A DNA stretch of 39,336 nt from Polymyxa betae A26-41 (Eukaryota > Protista > Endomyxa: Phytomyxea), in contig RBZT01000349.1 in the NCBI GenBank assembly GCA_003693705.1, positions 1 through 39,336 on the forward strand, in the 5' to 3' direction. How positions within the stretch are numbered: position 1 is the stretch's first letter; every line of letters starts with the position of its first letter. A program made the position numbers and the translations under genes. The notes beneath the pieces are model-generated. The model saw only the letters and a list, made by a program, of their open reading frames with translations. It ran no database searches and had not been told where the DNA came from. Below are positions 1-12,188 of this stretch, one piece after another.

Positions 1-130
1 ATTATCAAACTTATCTTTGACAAATGTTTTCACAAAGTGCGAAGTGATAAAGTAGAGGTCACCCGAACATATTGCGCAAAATCTCTGTTATCAAACTCTT
101 CTTTCACAACTTTTATTCACAAAGTGCGCG
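1..130. repeat. Degenerate ~40-nt direct repeat (1-41 and 88-128)
   Basis: ttatcaaact..cttt.acaa....ttcacaaagtgcg occurs twice about 87 nt apart; may be cut by the window edge. Confidence 0.5.
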
Positions 131-854
131 GTTATAAATTTGTGTGCAACACATAATATTGAGACCCTGAAAGAACAGCTTCGCCATTGCTAAATGACAA
201 CGCCTGTCCTCACCATTCTCAAACAATGAGGCTCTGGCGATCCTCTGCTGGCTCTTGAACTTCCAAATTATGATCTCTGCGTTTTGTATACAAAGATATT
301 CTTGATCTACATCATCGGCAGATCGCAATCCATTTCATTCCCATCGCAATAGATAGGGCTAACCGATTCTTGCTGGATTGGATTCGAACCCAAAAAGGAG
401 CGCTACGTTCTGTTTGTCCATTACACAATCAGGCGGTTTAGTGCAGGGCGCAGACTTAAAAAATGGATTCTATGAAAGGAAACATCATGTTAGTCCTGAA
501 GACAAGATCTTATAAGGTTTATACGTTCAAAAACAATGCACGATCACGACGCTGTTGGAGACCAATTGACACGATATGAATTCGGATTGGTCTTCGTCTA
601 GGATTGGGCTTGACATAGACAATAATTCGACGGCAGCAACAAAACAGAAATCAAATATACTATTAAAAACGGGCAGCTTAAAATCTGCATCAACCGGTCA
701 AAGAACAGAAATGAGGAAATCGTCTGCTAACAAGCATAGCTGGGATTACTGGAAAACAATCTCATAGAGCCATTCAATTGACAACTAAAAGTCGCACCAA
801 TATCGATATCAAGACTCGATTGAAAGAACACCTTGATAGTTGGATCCAAATCTA

Positions 855-897
855 ATAAGGCTTCTTACAAACCCCGATAAGGCTTTGTACAAACCCG
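855..897. repeat. 22-nt tandem duplication
   Basis: ataaggcttcttacaaaccccg followed directly by ataaggctttgtacaaacccg. Confidence 0.7.
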
Positions 898-1385
898 AAT
901 GGGCGCGAAGCAATCCAAGCTTGCAAACATTACTGATTTTGTCATCTTGTTATAGCTGGTTGAATTCCGAGTTTCCAGCTGTCAAAAGTCGCAAGAGCAT
1001 CTCAGCACTATAGATCTGAGTTGGGAGACGAACTTAAAAAAGCTACAAGAATCGGTGACGAAGAGATTAGCGACTCGATTGCCAACCACATGCTCCGAAG
1101 TACGAAATCAGGCCAAGAGATAAGCCTCTAATAGATTTTTGATCTTCACCTTATCGACGCTGCGATAGAGTGCCCAGTTCATTTGCACATGTGAATGCTA
1201 GATAGCTTTTGAGAATGTTGGAGCCTGCAGATTGTGCTTTGTTGTTTTTTTGTTTTTTTCTCAAATTTTCGATCCAGTGACTGGTAAGGGAGTGCAGCCC
1301 ACCTGCTTTAGCTTGAATTAAGGCGGAGTTGTCTCCAGTTTCACAACAGTCCTGGTCATTTCGATCAGGAGGGCAGCATTTTCAG

Positions 1386-2095
1386 ATGTCGACCGACGAC
1401 CTGTTTGGATCGTTCGATGGGCCATCAGGCGATGCCGGCTCCGCTGCGGTCTCCGATCCGTTCGCTGAGCATGACGAGGTCGACGATGGCGTTGCCGCTT
1501 TCACCATTGCAGACGCTCCCGGTGACGATGTGTTCGGAAGGGCTTCGAAATCGCCCAGTATTCGTCTAGATGCTCCATCTATGCCAGAAGATCTGTTCTC
1601 TCCTTCTAGTAGTAGCCAGGAGCCAGAGCATCATGATGAGCAAACGCCATTGAGGTATAGCGCTGAATCGAGGATTAGTTTTGCTGACTTGAGGTTTAGC
1701 ATCTGGCAAGCTAAGCGTAAAGCCGAACTGGAACAGAAACGAGAGGAAGAAAGAAAGGAGAAGGCTGAACTTTTGGAACAAGCTAAAGCTGACATTCAAA
1801 CGTTCCTTAAGAACCGTGCTGAATCCACCGAAAAGAAGCAATCAGCTAATAGGTCTATACAGTTCCTATTTCAGCAAATATATCTCTGATTTATTTCGTT
1901 GTTAGAATTGCTGAGACAGAGTTCCGTACAGATTTAGAATCAGTGATGAAGAACGGGACGCTCTGGGAGCAGGTCGCCAAGCTGGTCGACTTGAAGCCCA
2001 AACCTGGCAAAGAGGAGCAAGCCACGTCTCGTATGCGGAGCCTGCTTCTGCAACTGAAGAATCAGAACAATGGACCTGGCATCAAAGCTAGCTAA
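1386..2095 (+). CDS. CLC1: Clathrin light chain
   Basis: ATG 1386; introns 1655-1699 (probable) and 1853-1905. Acidic N-terminus, coiled coil WQAKRKAELEQKREEE...KKQSANR, and the family C-terminal motif WEQVAKLVDL...SRMRSLLLQLK; TAA 2093-2095. Confidence 0.9.
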
Positions 2096-2561
2096 TCGAC
2101 AATGACATTTTTCGTGAATGTCGTGGTCGCTCTACCAACTACAATTTTCAACAATGTTCCTGTTCATAACTGCGAAGCTCCGTTAATGCCAATATGAATT
2201 CAATGTCTTATCACATTTATTGACATCATTTGCCTGATAGCGCCGGGGCTTGTTTGTTTGTGTTCACCTGTGCAAACGTATAGGAGTGGATTCGTAAACA
2301 TCGCGAACTTCAGCTGGGTGCTATTCAAACGCTGAGCTTCTTGAAAAGTCGTCATGACAGACGCTATAGCCCAGAACAGATACCCTGATAACGATCGGGC
2401 TCTAGTTGCAAAGCAGTAGTCGGATAATGAGACGGAAATGTTTGAATTCCACTTTATACAATCCACCAAAACAGACTAAAGCAGCTGGGCTCTAAACTGC
2501 AGAAATTCGCCAACTAATACATATCCGAAAGGGCGAAATAGTCAATTGCTGATTAATCACC

Positions 2562-2804
2562 AGAACATTCCGATGAACTAACTTGGAAGTATGATCACCA
2601 TCTGACAGCTTTCTAGTCATCGTTTACGAAGAGGGCTTTTTGGCCATCGACATCAATTACAGTTCCTTTCTGTAACTAGTTGCCTTATTCTAAGCAAGCA
2701 GACAGGCCAACGCTGCTGTGGAAAGGGTACCCGTTGACGATAGATTCTTAATCAAGTAGGTGAGGTCGGAATGTTCCAAGTCGCTCTGCGTCTCGGAACT
2801 TTCC
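2562..2804. promoter_or_regulatory. Heat-shock-element-like nGAAnnTTCn motifs upstream of HSP90
   Basis: aGAAcaTTCc 2562-2571, gGAAtgTTCc 2768-2777 and gGAActTTCc 2795-2804, all within ~370 nt of the HSP90 ATG. Each has only two perfect pentamers. Confidence 0.6.
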
Positions 2805-2925
2805 GGCGACCACGCAATTTCTCCATTAGTTCCGAGCTCAGCCCCCCCAGCTCGCCATTCTTCAAACTCGTCTCTATTCATTGAATCGCGCTCTTACCTT
2901 CGCTCACATCACATCACATCACACC

Positions 2926-5195
2926 ATGGCCGCTGTCGGAGAGACCCCCGTTACCGTGCCTGAGACCATGAAGACTGAGGCCACCGGCGAGAAAACCTCT
3001 GCCGAGACCTTTGCCTTCAATGCTGATATCTCTCAGTTGATGTCTCTGATTATCAACACCTTCTACAGCAACAAAGAGGTATTACATTTCATGGGTTTCT
3101 CGATACTGTTTAAGTAATAATTATTGGGTTAGATCTTCCTTCGTGAATTGATCTCCAACTCGTCCGATGCTTTGGACAAGATCCGATACCAGTCCTTGAC
3201 TGACCCTTCGGTTCTTGACACTGAGAAGGAGCTGAAGATTGACCTCATCCCTGATCAGGCTAACAGCACTTTGACCATCAAGGATACCGGTATCGGTAAG
3301 TCATTTTTTTTTCTTTTTAGCGAAACATGGTGTTGATATGCGCTTTAGGTATGACTAAAGAAGACTTGGTCAACAACCTCGGTACTATCGCCAAGTCGGG
3401 TACCAAGGCTTTCATGGAGGCTATCTCCGCTGGTGCTGATATCTCCATGATTGGTCAGTTCGGTGTCGGTTTCTACTCGGCCTATCTGGTCGCCGACAAG
3501 GTTGTCGTTCGCTCCAAGAACAACGACGACGAAGAATACGTCTGGGAGTCGTCAGCTGGTGGTACATTCACCGTCACCAAGGCTACTCAGCCCCAGCTGA
3601 CTCGTGGTACTGCTATCACCCTGTACCTCAAGGATGACTTGAAGGAGTTCTTGGAGGAGAAGCGCGTTACCGATCTGGTCAAGAAGCACTCCGAGTTCAT
3701 CAGCTTCCCCATTTCCCTGTGGGTTGAGAAGCAAACCGAGAAGGATGTCCCTGTCGATGAAGATGAAGACATGGCTGAGCCCACCGACGAGAAGCCCAAG
3801 ATCGAAGAAGTCGATGAAGAGGCTGAGGAGGCCAAACCCAAAACCAAGAAGGTCACCGAGGTGTCCCACGAATGGCAGCAGCTGAACAAGCAGAAGCCCA
3901 TCTGGGTCCGCAACCCGGCTGATGTCACCAAGGAGGAGTACACTGCCTTCTACAAGTCCATGTCGAATGACTGGGAAGAGCATCTGGCTGTTAAGCACTT
4001 CAGTGTTGAAGGTCAGCTCGAGTTCAAGGGTATTCTGTATATCCCCAAGCGTGCTCCTTTTGACATGTTCGAGCCCAAGAAGAAGCGCAACAACATCAAG
4101 CTGTATGTTCGTCGTGTCTTCATCATGGACAACTGCGAGGAGTTGATCCCTGAGTGGCTGTCCTTCGTCAAGGGTGTCGTCGACTCCGAGGATCTACCTC
4201 TGAACATCTCTCGTGAAATGCTTCAGCAGAACAAGATCCTGCGTGTTATTCGCAAGAACTTGGTCAAGAAATGCCTTGAAATGTTCACCGAGTTGGAAGA
4301 CAACAAGGAAGACTACAAGAAGTTCTACGAGAACTTCTCCAAGAACATCAAGCTTGGAATTCACGAGGATTCTTCCAACCGTGCTAAACTGGCCAACCTG
4401 CTTCGCTACCACTCAACTAAGTCTGGCGAAGACATGGCCTCCCTCAAAGAGTACGTTGAGCGCATGAAGGAGCACCAGAAGAACATCTATTACATCACTG
4501 GTGAATCCAAGCAAACCGTTGAGAACTCGCCATTCTTGGAGGCTTTGAAGAAGAAGGACTTCGAAGTTCTGTACTTGGTCGACCCCATCGATGAGTACGC
4601 TGTCCAGCAGCTGAAGGAGTTCGAAGGCAAGAAGCTGATCTCCGCCACCAAGGAAGGCCTGGACTTGGAATTGTCTGAAGAAGAAAAGAAGGCCCAGGAA
4701 GAGGAGAATGCCGCTTTCGAACCCTTCTGCAAGAAGGTCAAGGAAATTTTGGGCGACAAGGTCGAGAAGGTTGTATTGGGCTCCCGTATCATCGACTCCC
4801 CATGCTGCTTGGTCACTGGTGAATTCGGCTGGTCAGCTAACATGGAGCGCATCATGAAGGCCCAGGCTCTTCGTGATAACAGCATGTCCACCTACATGTC
4901 CTCAAAGAAGACCATGGAAATCAACGCCAAGCACTCGATTGTTAAGGAGCTCCGCAAGAAATTCGATGCCGATGCCAACGACAAGACCCTGAAGGACCTC
5001 GTCTGGTTGATGTTCGAAACTTCTCTGTTGACTTCCGGATTCTCCCTTGAAGAGCCTTCCGTCTTCTCTGGTCGCATTCACAAGCTCATCAAGCTGGGTC
5101 TGTCGATCTATGAGGACGAAGACGTCGTTGAAGAGGAAGAGACAATGCCAGCTCTGGAATCGGTTGCCGACTCCACCATGGAAGACGTTGACTAA
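2926..5195 (+). CDS. HSP90: Cytosolic heat shock protein 90
   Basis: ATG 2926; introns 3079-3132 and 3296-3348 restore [26 protein letters not shown] and DTGIGMTK. Also [44 protein letters not shown]; C-terminus MEDVD. Confidence 0.99.
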
Positions 5196-5498
5196 GCTTT
5201 ATGCGCCGTTTTTCAACTTAGCTTTCGAGATTTATCTTAGGCCCTTGAATAAATTGAGGATATAAACTGTTCTTTGTTTTATCTCATAGTTCTTGTAGAT
5301 TGTAGTTTGCTCAGGCTTTGCCTGGTTCTACAAACTGTCTAGATTTATTTTCGAAAGTTGATGATTCTGGATTGTTTATCAACTGTTTCCAGGAGATATT
5401 TCTATAACAGTGAGTGAAGCGTGCCGCTTTGTTCAACGTTACCAGTATGAACTAAACACCAGCTTGAACTGCATTCCTATTATTTCCGTCGTTCTGCA

Positions 5499-6047
5499 AT
5501 GGGAGCCGAGTCCAGCCGTCTTCGACAACATGCTACTAACGTATCGAATTCTGATATCGAACAATTAGATTTGAGCCAGCAAGCCATCACTGATCTATCT
5601 CTATTCCAGTTCTCCAACGCAATATCTATGAACAATTCGCTGATTGCATTGCGTTTATCAAGGAATTTGATTCGTGACAATGGCGCTATCAGCTTGGCTT
5701 CTGCGATCGCTAACAACACATTCTTGGAACACTTGGATCTGAGCTGGAATGGCATTGGTTCTAGGGGCGCTATTGCTTTAGCTCATGCTCTACGCGACAA
5801 CCGAACGCTACGCCGGCTAAATCTGTTCGGAAATCGTATCGGGGATGACGGTGGCATGGCTTTCGAATACACTGTCGATACAACGCCTTTATCGACGCCT
5901 CTAGAAAGAATCGATATCGGGTTCAACGGAATTCGACAAGGTCTGGTCGACCGACTTCAACGTAAGCTTGATGCCAAGCGCAGGTCGCTGAACAGCATCG
6001 CAGGCGAGTCGTATTCAACGCTGAGGCCAGCGACAGCCTTAGCTTAA
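5499..6047 (+). CDS. Leucine-rich repeat protein (RNI/RanGAP-like, 28-aa repeats)
   Basis: Repeats LIALRLSRNLIRDNGAISLASAI / LEHLDLSWNGIGSRGAIALAHAL / LRRLNLFGNRIGDDGGMAF; intronless 182 aa. Confidence 0.85.
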   Translation: MGAESSRLRQHATNVSNSDIEQLDLSQQAITDLSLFQFSNAISMNNSLIALRLSRNLIRDNGAISLASAIANNTFLEHLDLSWNGIGSRGAIALAHALRDNRTLRRLNLFGNRIGDDGGMAFEYTVDTTPLSTPLERIDIGFNGIRQGLVDRLQRKLDAKRRSLNSIAGESYSTLRPATALA

Positions 6048-6083
6048 ATAGTTAATACATTGAATACTTCGCAAGCCATCAAA

Positions 6084-6705
6084 TCAGGCAGTTCGGAATT
6101 GTTGTCGGCGAGCCTTTCTTGATGCAATCGGTGTCACATTCTTGATCCATACTGGCGCTTTATCTGCCGCTCTATACTCACAGTTGGGGAGTGGGCGTTC
6201 TTCAGTCCTGGCGGTCGGGTTTCGAGCAGGATTCCAGCGAGGCGACCCGCGGAATAACTTTTTCATTAATGGTTGTTCGCCCTGTACAACGAATCAGTTT
6301 TTTGTTTGTTATATGGCGCCAGCTAACTGTTTGTTGGTATGATGGCTGGTGGACCTGGCGTTTCTTTGATTGTGATCGAGGCGTCTCATCCGCCGTCTCT
6401 GATAGTGATTCGTCCTGTTCGGGAATGTGACCCCCATCGTCGTCGTCGTTATTTGGGTAAATTCGATTCAGCGAATCCGATTCCACGTCGTGAAACGAGT
6501 CGGAAGAGATGCATTCATGAGAAGGTTTCACGGGCCTGCATTTAGGAGGTGGATCGACAGCGATGCATTCGTCGTCGTCGTCGTCGCTGATAACGATGCA
6601 AACCAGCTCGAGTTTCTTTGATGGTTCCTCGTCGGGAGCGATGTTAAGGCAAGACGATGGTGGCGGGTCCTCAGTCAGGTCGATGACATCCGTCTCCGAA
6701 GCCAT
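6084..6705 (-). CDS. Hypothetical disordered protein with SUMO-interacting-like motifs
   Basis: ATG 6705; a phase-0 46-nt intron at 6282-6327 (GTTAGC...CTGAT...TACAG) joins ORF 6202-6705 to ORF 6084-6266. Motifs VIDLTED and IVISDDDDDE. Confidence 0.6.
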
Positions 6706-7007
6706 GCCGGTTGGCGGGTGCCGGCCACCTCTCCGGCGTTAAATTCATTAGCGAACCCCGTGCCTCTATATTCATAAAGATCGTAAATTGTTGCTATTAA
6801 GTTAATGCGACGACGGCGATAAGCTGTTAAAGTCGCGCGAGGTTTATCAAGACTGTGTCATTGATTGATGATTTGAGGGGAACGGGTCGCAGCCCTTTAC
6901 AGTCTTAGCTACAGTGGGACGCAGCCCTCGTGCAGTGTCCTTCTTGATTGTTCTTCTAGAAGGTCATCTCGTTTGCCGTTTTTGACATTTGCACAAGTTG
7001 ACACGTC

Positions 7008-8051
7008 ATGGCCGCCGCAAATCCAGTGACCCTGGGGCGTTTCATTCTCGCCGAGCAGCAATTCCATCCGGAGGCACGTGGGGATTTCACGATTCTGCTG
7101 TCGTCGATTACGCTGGCCTGTAAAGTCATCTCAAATGCTTGCACGAAAGCTGGGATCTTCAAGCTGTATGGTCTGGATGGAAGCAGCAACGCCTCGGGGG
7201 ACGCAGTCAAGAAGCTGGATGTTTTCTCGAACGATAGCTTCGTCGATTCATTAATGTTCAGCAATCGTGCTTCAATTATGGTTTCGGAAGAAAATGCAGA
7301 GCCGATCTACAATCCTAATTGCATTGGAAAGTATTTTGTCGCTTTCGACCCTCTGGATGGATCGTCGAATATTGACGCCAATGTCTCAATTGGGACCATT
7401 TTCGGGATTTGGATGAATCCAGAGCCTCAAAACCCGACTAAGCTGGATAATGTTTTACAGCCAGGAAGGAAGCTGGTCGCGGCTGGCTATGCCATGTATG
7501 GAGCTGCAAGCATGCTTGTGCTCTCAACTGGCAATGGTGTCCATGGCTTCACCCTAGATCCATCCCTTGGTGAATATATCCTTACACATCGCGACATCAA
7601 GTGCCCGGTTAAAGGCACGATTTATTCCATCAACGAAGGGAATTCGTGGGCTTGGGACCCACCAACGGCAGAATACGTCAAGCAATGTAAAGCTGCTGCA
7701 CCCGGGCAGAAGCCGAAATCGGCAAGATATGTTGGCAGTATGGTTGCTGATGTCCATCGTACGTTGCTGTATGGTGGCGTGTTTATGTACCCAGGCAGTA
7801 AAACGGTTTGCTGACAAAGGTATTTGCTACCAAATCCTTATCTTGTCCAGGATCCTAACGGAAAGCTGCGGCTGCTGTATGAATGCGCCCCGATGGCGTT
7901 CTTGCTAGAGCAAGCCGGAGGTAAGGCATCAACTGGAAAAGAAAACATTCTGGATATTGTTCCGAAATCGATTCATCAAAGATGTCCTGTTTTCTTGGGC
8001 AGCGCTGAAGATATCAACGCTATTGAGAAGCTATACAAAACAGTCTTCTAA
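7008..8051 (+). CDS. FBP1: Fructose-1,6-bisphosphatase class I
   Basis: [62 protein letters not shown]; intron 7806-7850. Confidence 0.98.
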
Positions 8052-8118
8052 GAACTTAATGCTGTACGAGATAATATATAAATATTTTGAACAATGATTG
8101 TGAGACAATATGTAGATA

Positions 8119-9098
8119 TCAAATTCTTGGCGATAGCGAAATATTTGGTGGCATGCTTGGAATGGGCGCTGCATTAGCGAGGGTGGATTCAGCTATTCCG
8201 GTTTCAGTTCGTTCATACATGTCCAGAATCTCGTGACAGATAGATTCGACTTCTATAACGCCTCATTCAGCAACTTATAAACACGGTAAGAAAATATCAC
8301 CTGTTCGATGCGCCCCGAATCTATCCCACCACTCTTCGTCACCATCCCCAGCTCGAACCGATAGCAATTCTGTAGCTAGGTATCTAGAAGCGAAATAAGC
8401 TTTAAGGTGAAACTTCAGCATCTAACATACAGTGCACTGCAAGCAATAACGTGCGATTCGTAATATAAACAGAGCGACGTCCTTGCAGTGTCGTTCAGGA
8501 TAGAGATGGTTAAATTAGCTAAATCGTCCGATGCTTTCAAATCCCTAAGAAAGTGCAATGCAAACGAATGCGGGTGCACCACCTCGACGTTAAAATCCAG
8601 AATTCGTAGAAGCAACCGCTCCGATTCAAATAGGCTTTCCTTCATCGTCCAGAACTGGTCTGTCACCTGAAAACTTTATAGAGAATTTAGCAACATCTGT
8701 AAATGCCTAACTTCTAATGGAGGTAGCTCTGGATTGCAGTATCGGTAGGCTGTGTTCAAAACATCTCGAAATCGCCTTGGTGTCTCTTCGGATTTACTCG
8801 CTACAAAAATGCAAGTTTTTGCGATTTCTGCAAGAAATCAGAAAATTGAACGTAACAAGATCAAGGTGAATCCATACGAGATATATCATGCGATTCAAAT
8901 GATTCCTTGGAGAAAAACCGATGAAATAACGTCATAGCTGTAGCGATCGTCATCTGAGGGAGTTGAACTAGATCAGCGAATAAGCTTTCACGAAAGCGTC
9001 TCGCATTCAGACTGACGACGGTATCCAACGCCCTGGATCACGTTCATGGCCTGCGTTCGCAGGTCAGCGATATGATCGGGATCCCTCATGAAAGTCAT
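8119..9098 (-). CDS. Transcriptional cyclin, cyclin Q (FAM58A)/L/K-like; multi-exon
   Basis: Spliced fragments QMTIATAMTLFHRFF, CIFVASKSEETPRRFRDVLNTAYRYCNPELPPLE, DQFWTMKESLFESERLLLRILDFNVEVVHPH, LCLYYESHVIACSALY and EWWDRFG. Closest by eye to cyclin Q. Confidence 0.85.
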
Positions 9099-9219
9099 CA
9101 CGACTCTGGGGCTATAACGTCATCATTCAAATTCGAGACAAAACTCAACATTGAAACGCACTTTTTTCAACAAATTTTTCCTCGATTGTTGCTCATATGA
9201 ATATATCACATTTGTTTAA

Positions 9220-10721
9220 TTAATCAGTTAATGGAATTTCAAACATCAGCGGCGTCATTTTCTTCCCTTCGATGTTGTCGTCGCGTGAACAGATCAGATT
9301 CGCGGTGATATGCTTCTTCGCAGCAATCTCGAGAATGTCGTCCTGAAGCAAGCCGGTATCATCACCAGCTTGCCCTGTTAGGCTCAGTCCAGATATAGTA
9401 CTTTGCTAATTAGTACCTGTGCTAACGAGATAGATGCCCGACATTATCACGACAATTGCTGCAATAAACTCGAGGGCCTGGGTCATAGTGAAGCCGGCCA
9501 TCTCTGGAAGCGAATCTTTAGAGCTTGATAAAGATATGAGACAACTTTCAATGTACCGTTCAAGAAAATGCATCCTCCTAATATGCTTAGAAGTTCATTG
9601 GTGACGACCAGTGTTGGAATCAGAAACAGCTGATTGCTGTATCTCATTGACATGTTCAGCATATAGACCTGACCAGCTCCAAACACCACCACCGATAATA
9701 GCAAGATGTAAGTCCACAGATAGCGGAATGCTGGATATCCTTGAATGCTGGATTTAATCTATAGAAAGTCAGTTCATACAATCACAATCCAGGTGTGGCA
9801 CTTCACTAATTCGATGGAACATTTCCAGGTTAAAGTTGTTAAACTTGCTAAACATCCTGCGAAAATTGGAAATGCAATCTTGGGCGAGATCGACCACGAC
9901 GATCGACGCCAGCTATCGGTAAGCAAATTTCTGGCTCGGTATCCAAATGAATGCTGCCTCGATTGGTTTCTGTCGGAGATGTTATGGAGGTCGGAAGAAC
10001 GGTCATTGAAAGCCAGCTGCTCGATATCTGAGAGAGCTTGCGAATCGAGATAATCGCGACGAATCACGCCGATCAACAGAATCATCTGGAACGCATCAAG
10101 AAAGCGCAAAGGACGAATTGCTTTCTGACCATGAATGATATTAGACAAATTGAATATATGAGAAAGGCGGGCGTTGTCAAATATGCTACAAAATCTTCGA
10201 CACGAAACAGGTCGGGTTCCCTGGACCCACTTCCTGCAATCTGAAGGTCAGCAGGACGATAACGCAACAATCCGTTTCTGAGTTGCCTGTAGCGATGGCG
10301 ACCGAAGATCCAACGATAATGATGACGGTCCCGATCAGGATTGTCTTTGTCAGGCGCTCCTTTAGCACCAAAACCGAACTACGAAACGACAATTGAATGT
10401 TCGTGTTGCTATCAAGATTATCGTATTGGAAGTCTACTTAATCACGTTGTAGACCAGGACGAATGGGGCCAACAGGGCCACCATCGATGCGGGTGCCAGC
10501 CCCAATCCGATGCCGTTTAATACGGTCCCGGTCAGATACATGCATAAGCCCAAGACCCAGTTCCGATTGGTCCAGTACGATGGCCGCAGCTCCTGGTCGA
10601 TGGCGTTTAGCGACAATTTCTGCAGTGAAACGCCGACGTTGTCGAGGATGCCGCCCAGCATGGCCAATACGATCCCGAGCAGTTCCCCATTCGGCATGCC
10701 CCGATCCATTCCCGGTGACAT
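9220..10721 (-). CDS. NIPA-family (DMT superfamily) magnesium transporter-like membrane protein; multi-exon
   Basis: GIVLAMLGGILDNVGVSLQK, YWTNRNWVLGLCMYLTG, LAPASMVALL, VLKERL, QVYMLNMSMRYSNQLFLIP; several TM segments separated by short introns; stop 9220-9222. Confidence 0.85.
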
Positions 10722-11377
10722 TTTATGGGGCGCACGACCCCCCAGAGGCAGATATTGACAAATTTTAGGAAAATATCAGGAACCGTTTCACCAGAGTGAG
10801 GGCCTTGATTCTCTATTTGGAAATTGGCATGGTTCTGAGCTGCCTGAGAGATACTGCCGATCGGCATTACAGCCCGAATGTCAAGTTATATTTGACCTGA
10901 ATAGAGGCGGCTGGTATGTGATCGTTGAGTAAGTTTCGAGGGCTGTGTACACAGATCTGATGGGATTTGCACCAAAGGAGAAATCGGCTAAGCTAGAGCT
11001 GATGTTCCCGATTATTTGTCGTAAATACCGACATGTTTGCTATCTACTGTAAAAGTCAGCATGTCTATTAATAACGCATCTGATTGAAGCAAATCCGTTG
11101 ATAAACGTATTGTGGTGACGCCGTTTCTTGTTTTGTCTGATGGCCGAGGCAATCGCCAATCGGTGCTGAATCCAAATTAAGAGAGAATTTCCTATATTTA
11201 TATGGGTCTGCGCTGGTCGTCTTTAACCAAATGGTGAAACAAGTTCAAGGAGAAACCAAAAACACAGGTATCAGTAAAACTGATTAATCGAGCAGAATGA
11301 CTGAATGAGTTTTTTTCGAATTTTTCGGAATGCGTGACGGAGGTTCCAGCCATCAAATTGACAAAATCGGTTTTGCC

Positions 11378-12154
11378 ATGGCGCCTGAAAAGCCGATGTC
11401 CGCTTACAACTCGTCTGAGCGGCAGCGAAAGAGCATCGGTTTGCAGACCCTTCTGAGGAAAAACAAACGATTTGATCCGAAGAAGGCGAAAGCTGATAAA
11501 TACTACCACAAAGCGAAATTACTGCGATCCTATCACACAATGTTAAAACGAGAAACAACTACGCCGGCAGGTGCAACCAAACACCATTCCAACAAAATTA
11601 AATTTGATGAGAATGCGGAAGACAGTTGCGACGACAGCAACGACGACGAAATGCAAGATGTCGATGGCAGCAGTGATGAGGAGCGCTCTTCGAACAAAGC
11701 TTCCGATGATGAAGACGATGGACAGATTTGCAAGTTCTACAACAAAGGGAAAGGATGTAAAGCCGGTGCCAGCTGTACATTCAAACACCAGGGCGAGCCT
11801 GCAAGGAAGATCTCAATATGCAAATTCTATACTTCGAGAACCGGCTGCCAGAAAGGCTCTAAGTGCAAATTCAGGCATGAAGGCCAGCCACAAGTTGTAC
11901 TTCATGAGAACCTTTCGAAGCAATCGATTATGATGAAGATTTGGGAGCAGAAAAAGGCAGAAGCCGAAGCTGCCAAGATCGCCAAGGAGAAAGAGATCGA
12001 ACGCAAGCAGACCGAGAGCCGCCAGCGGAAGCAGGAACGCGCACAGCAATCGAAAAATCTGTTGAGGAAGACGGCAACTGGTCAGCCCTTAATGAAAGGG
12101 CTCATGACCAATCTCCTGAACAAAATCATGAAACAAACACCAGCTAATAACTAA
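11378..12154 (+). CDS. Fyv7/TAP26 (CCDC59)-like rRNA-processing protein with two CCCH zinc fingers
   Basis: N-terminal KAKLLRSYHTMLKRE and C-terminal RKTATGQPLMKGLMTNLLNKI are typical of Fyv7/TAP26. Central CKFYNKGKGCKAGASCTFKH and CKFYTSRTGCQKGSKCKFRH. Start could be 11330. Confidence 0.75.
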   Translation: MAPEKPMSAYNSSERQRKSIGLQTLLRKNKRFDPKKAKADKYYHKAKLLRSYHTMLKRETTTPAGATKHHSNKIKFDENAEDSCDDSNDDEMQDVDGSSDEERSSNKASDDEDDGQICKFYNKGKGCKAGASCTFKHQGEPARKISICKFYTSRTGCQKGSKCKFRHEGQPQVVLHENLSKQSIMMKIWEQKKAEAEAAKIAKEKEIERKQTESRQRKQERAQQSKNLLRKTATGQPLMKGLMTNLLNKIMKQTPANN

Positions 12155-12188
12155 CTTATTATATTACGGGTGAGTTACAAACCGTTTC

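Noticed and set aside
113-1250. Short ORFs and a faint retrotransposon-like phrase (IETLKEQL..TTPVLTI)
   Set aside because: Multiple stops, and no RT, RNase H or integrase motif or LTR could be supported.
3552-5077. Several antisense and alternate-frame ORFs within HSP90
   Set aside because: Shadows of strong codon bias in a highly expressed gene.
5178-5195. HSP90 ends MEDVD rather than MEEVD
   Set aside because: Conservative variant; not evidence of new function.
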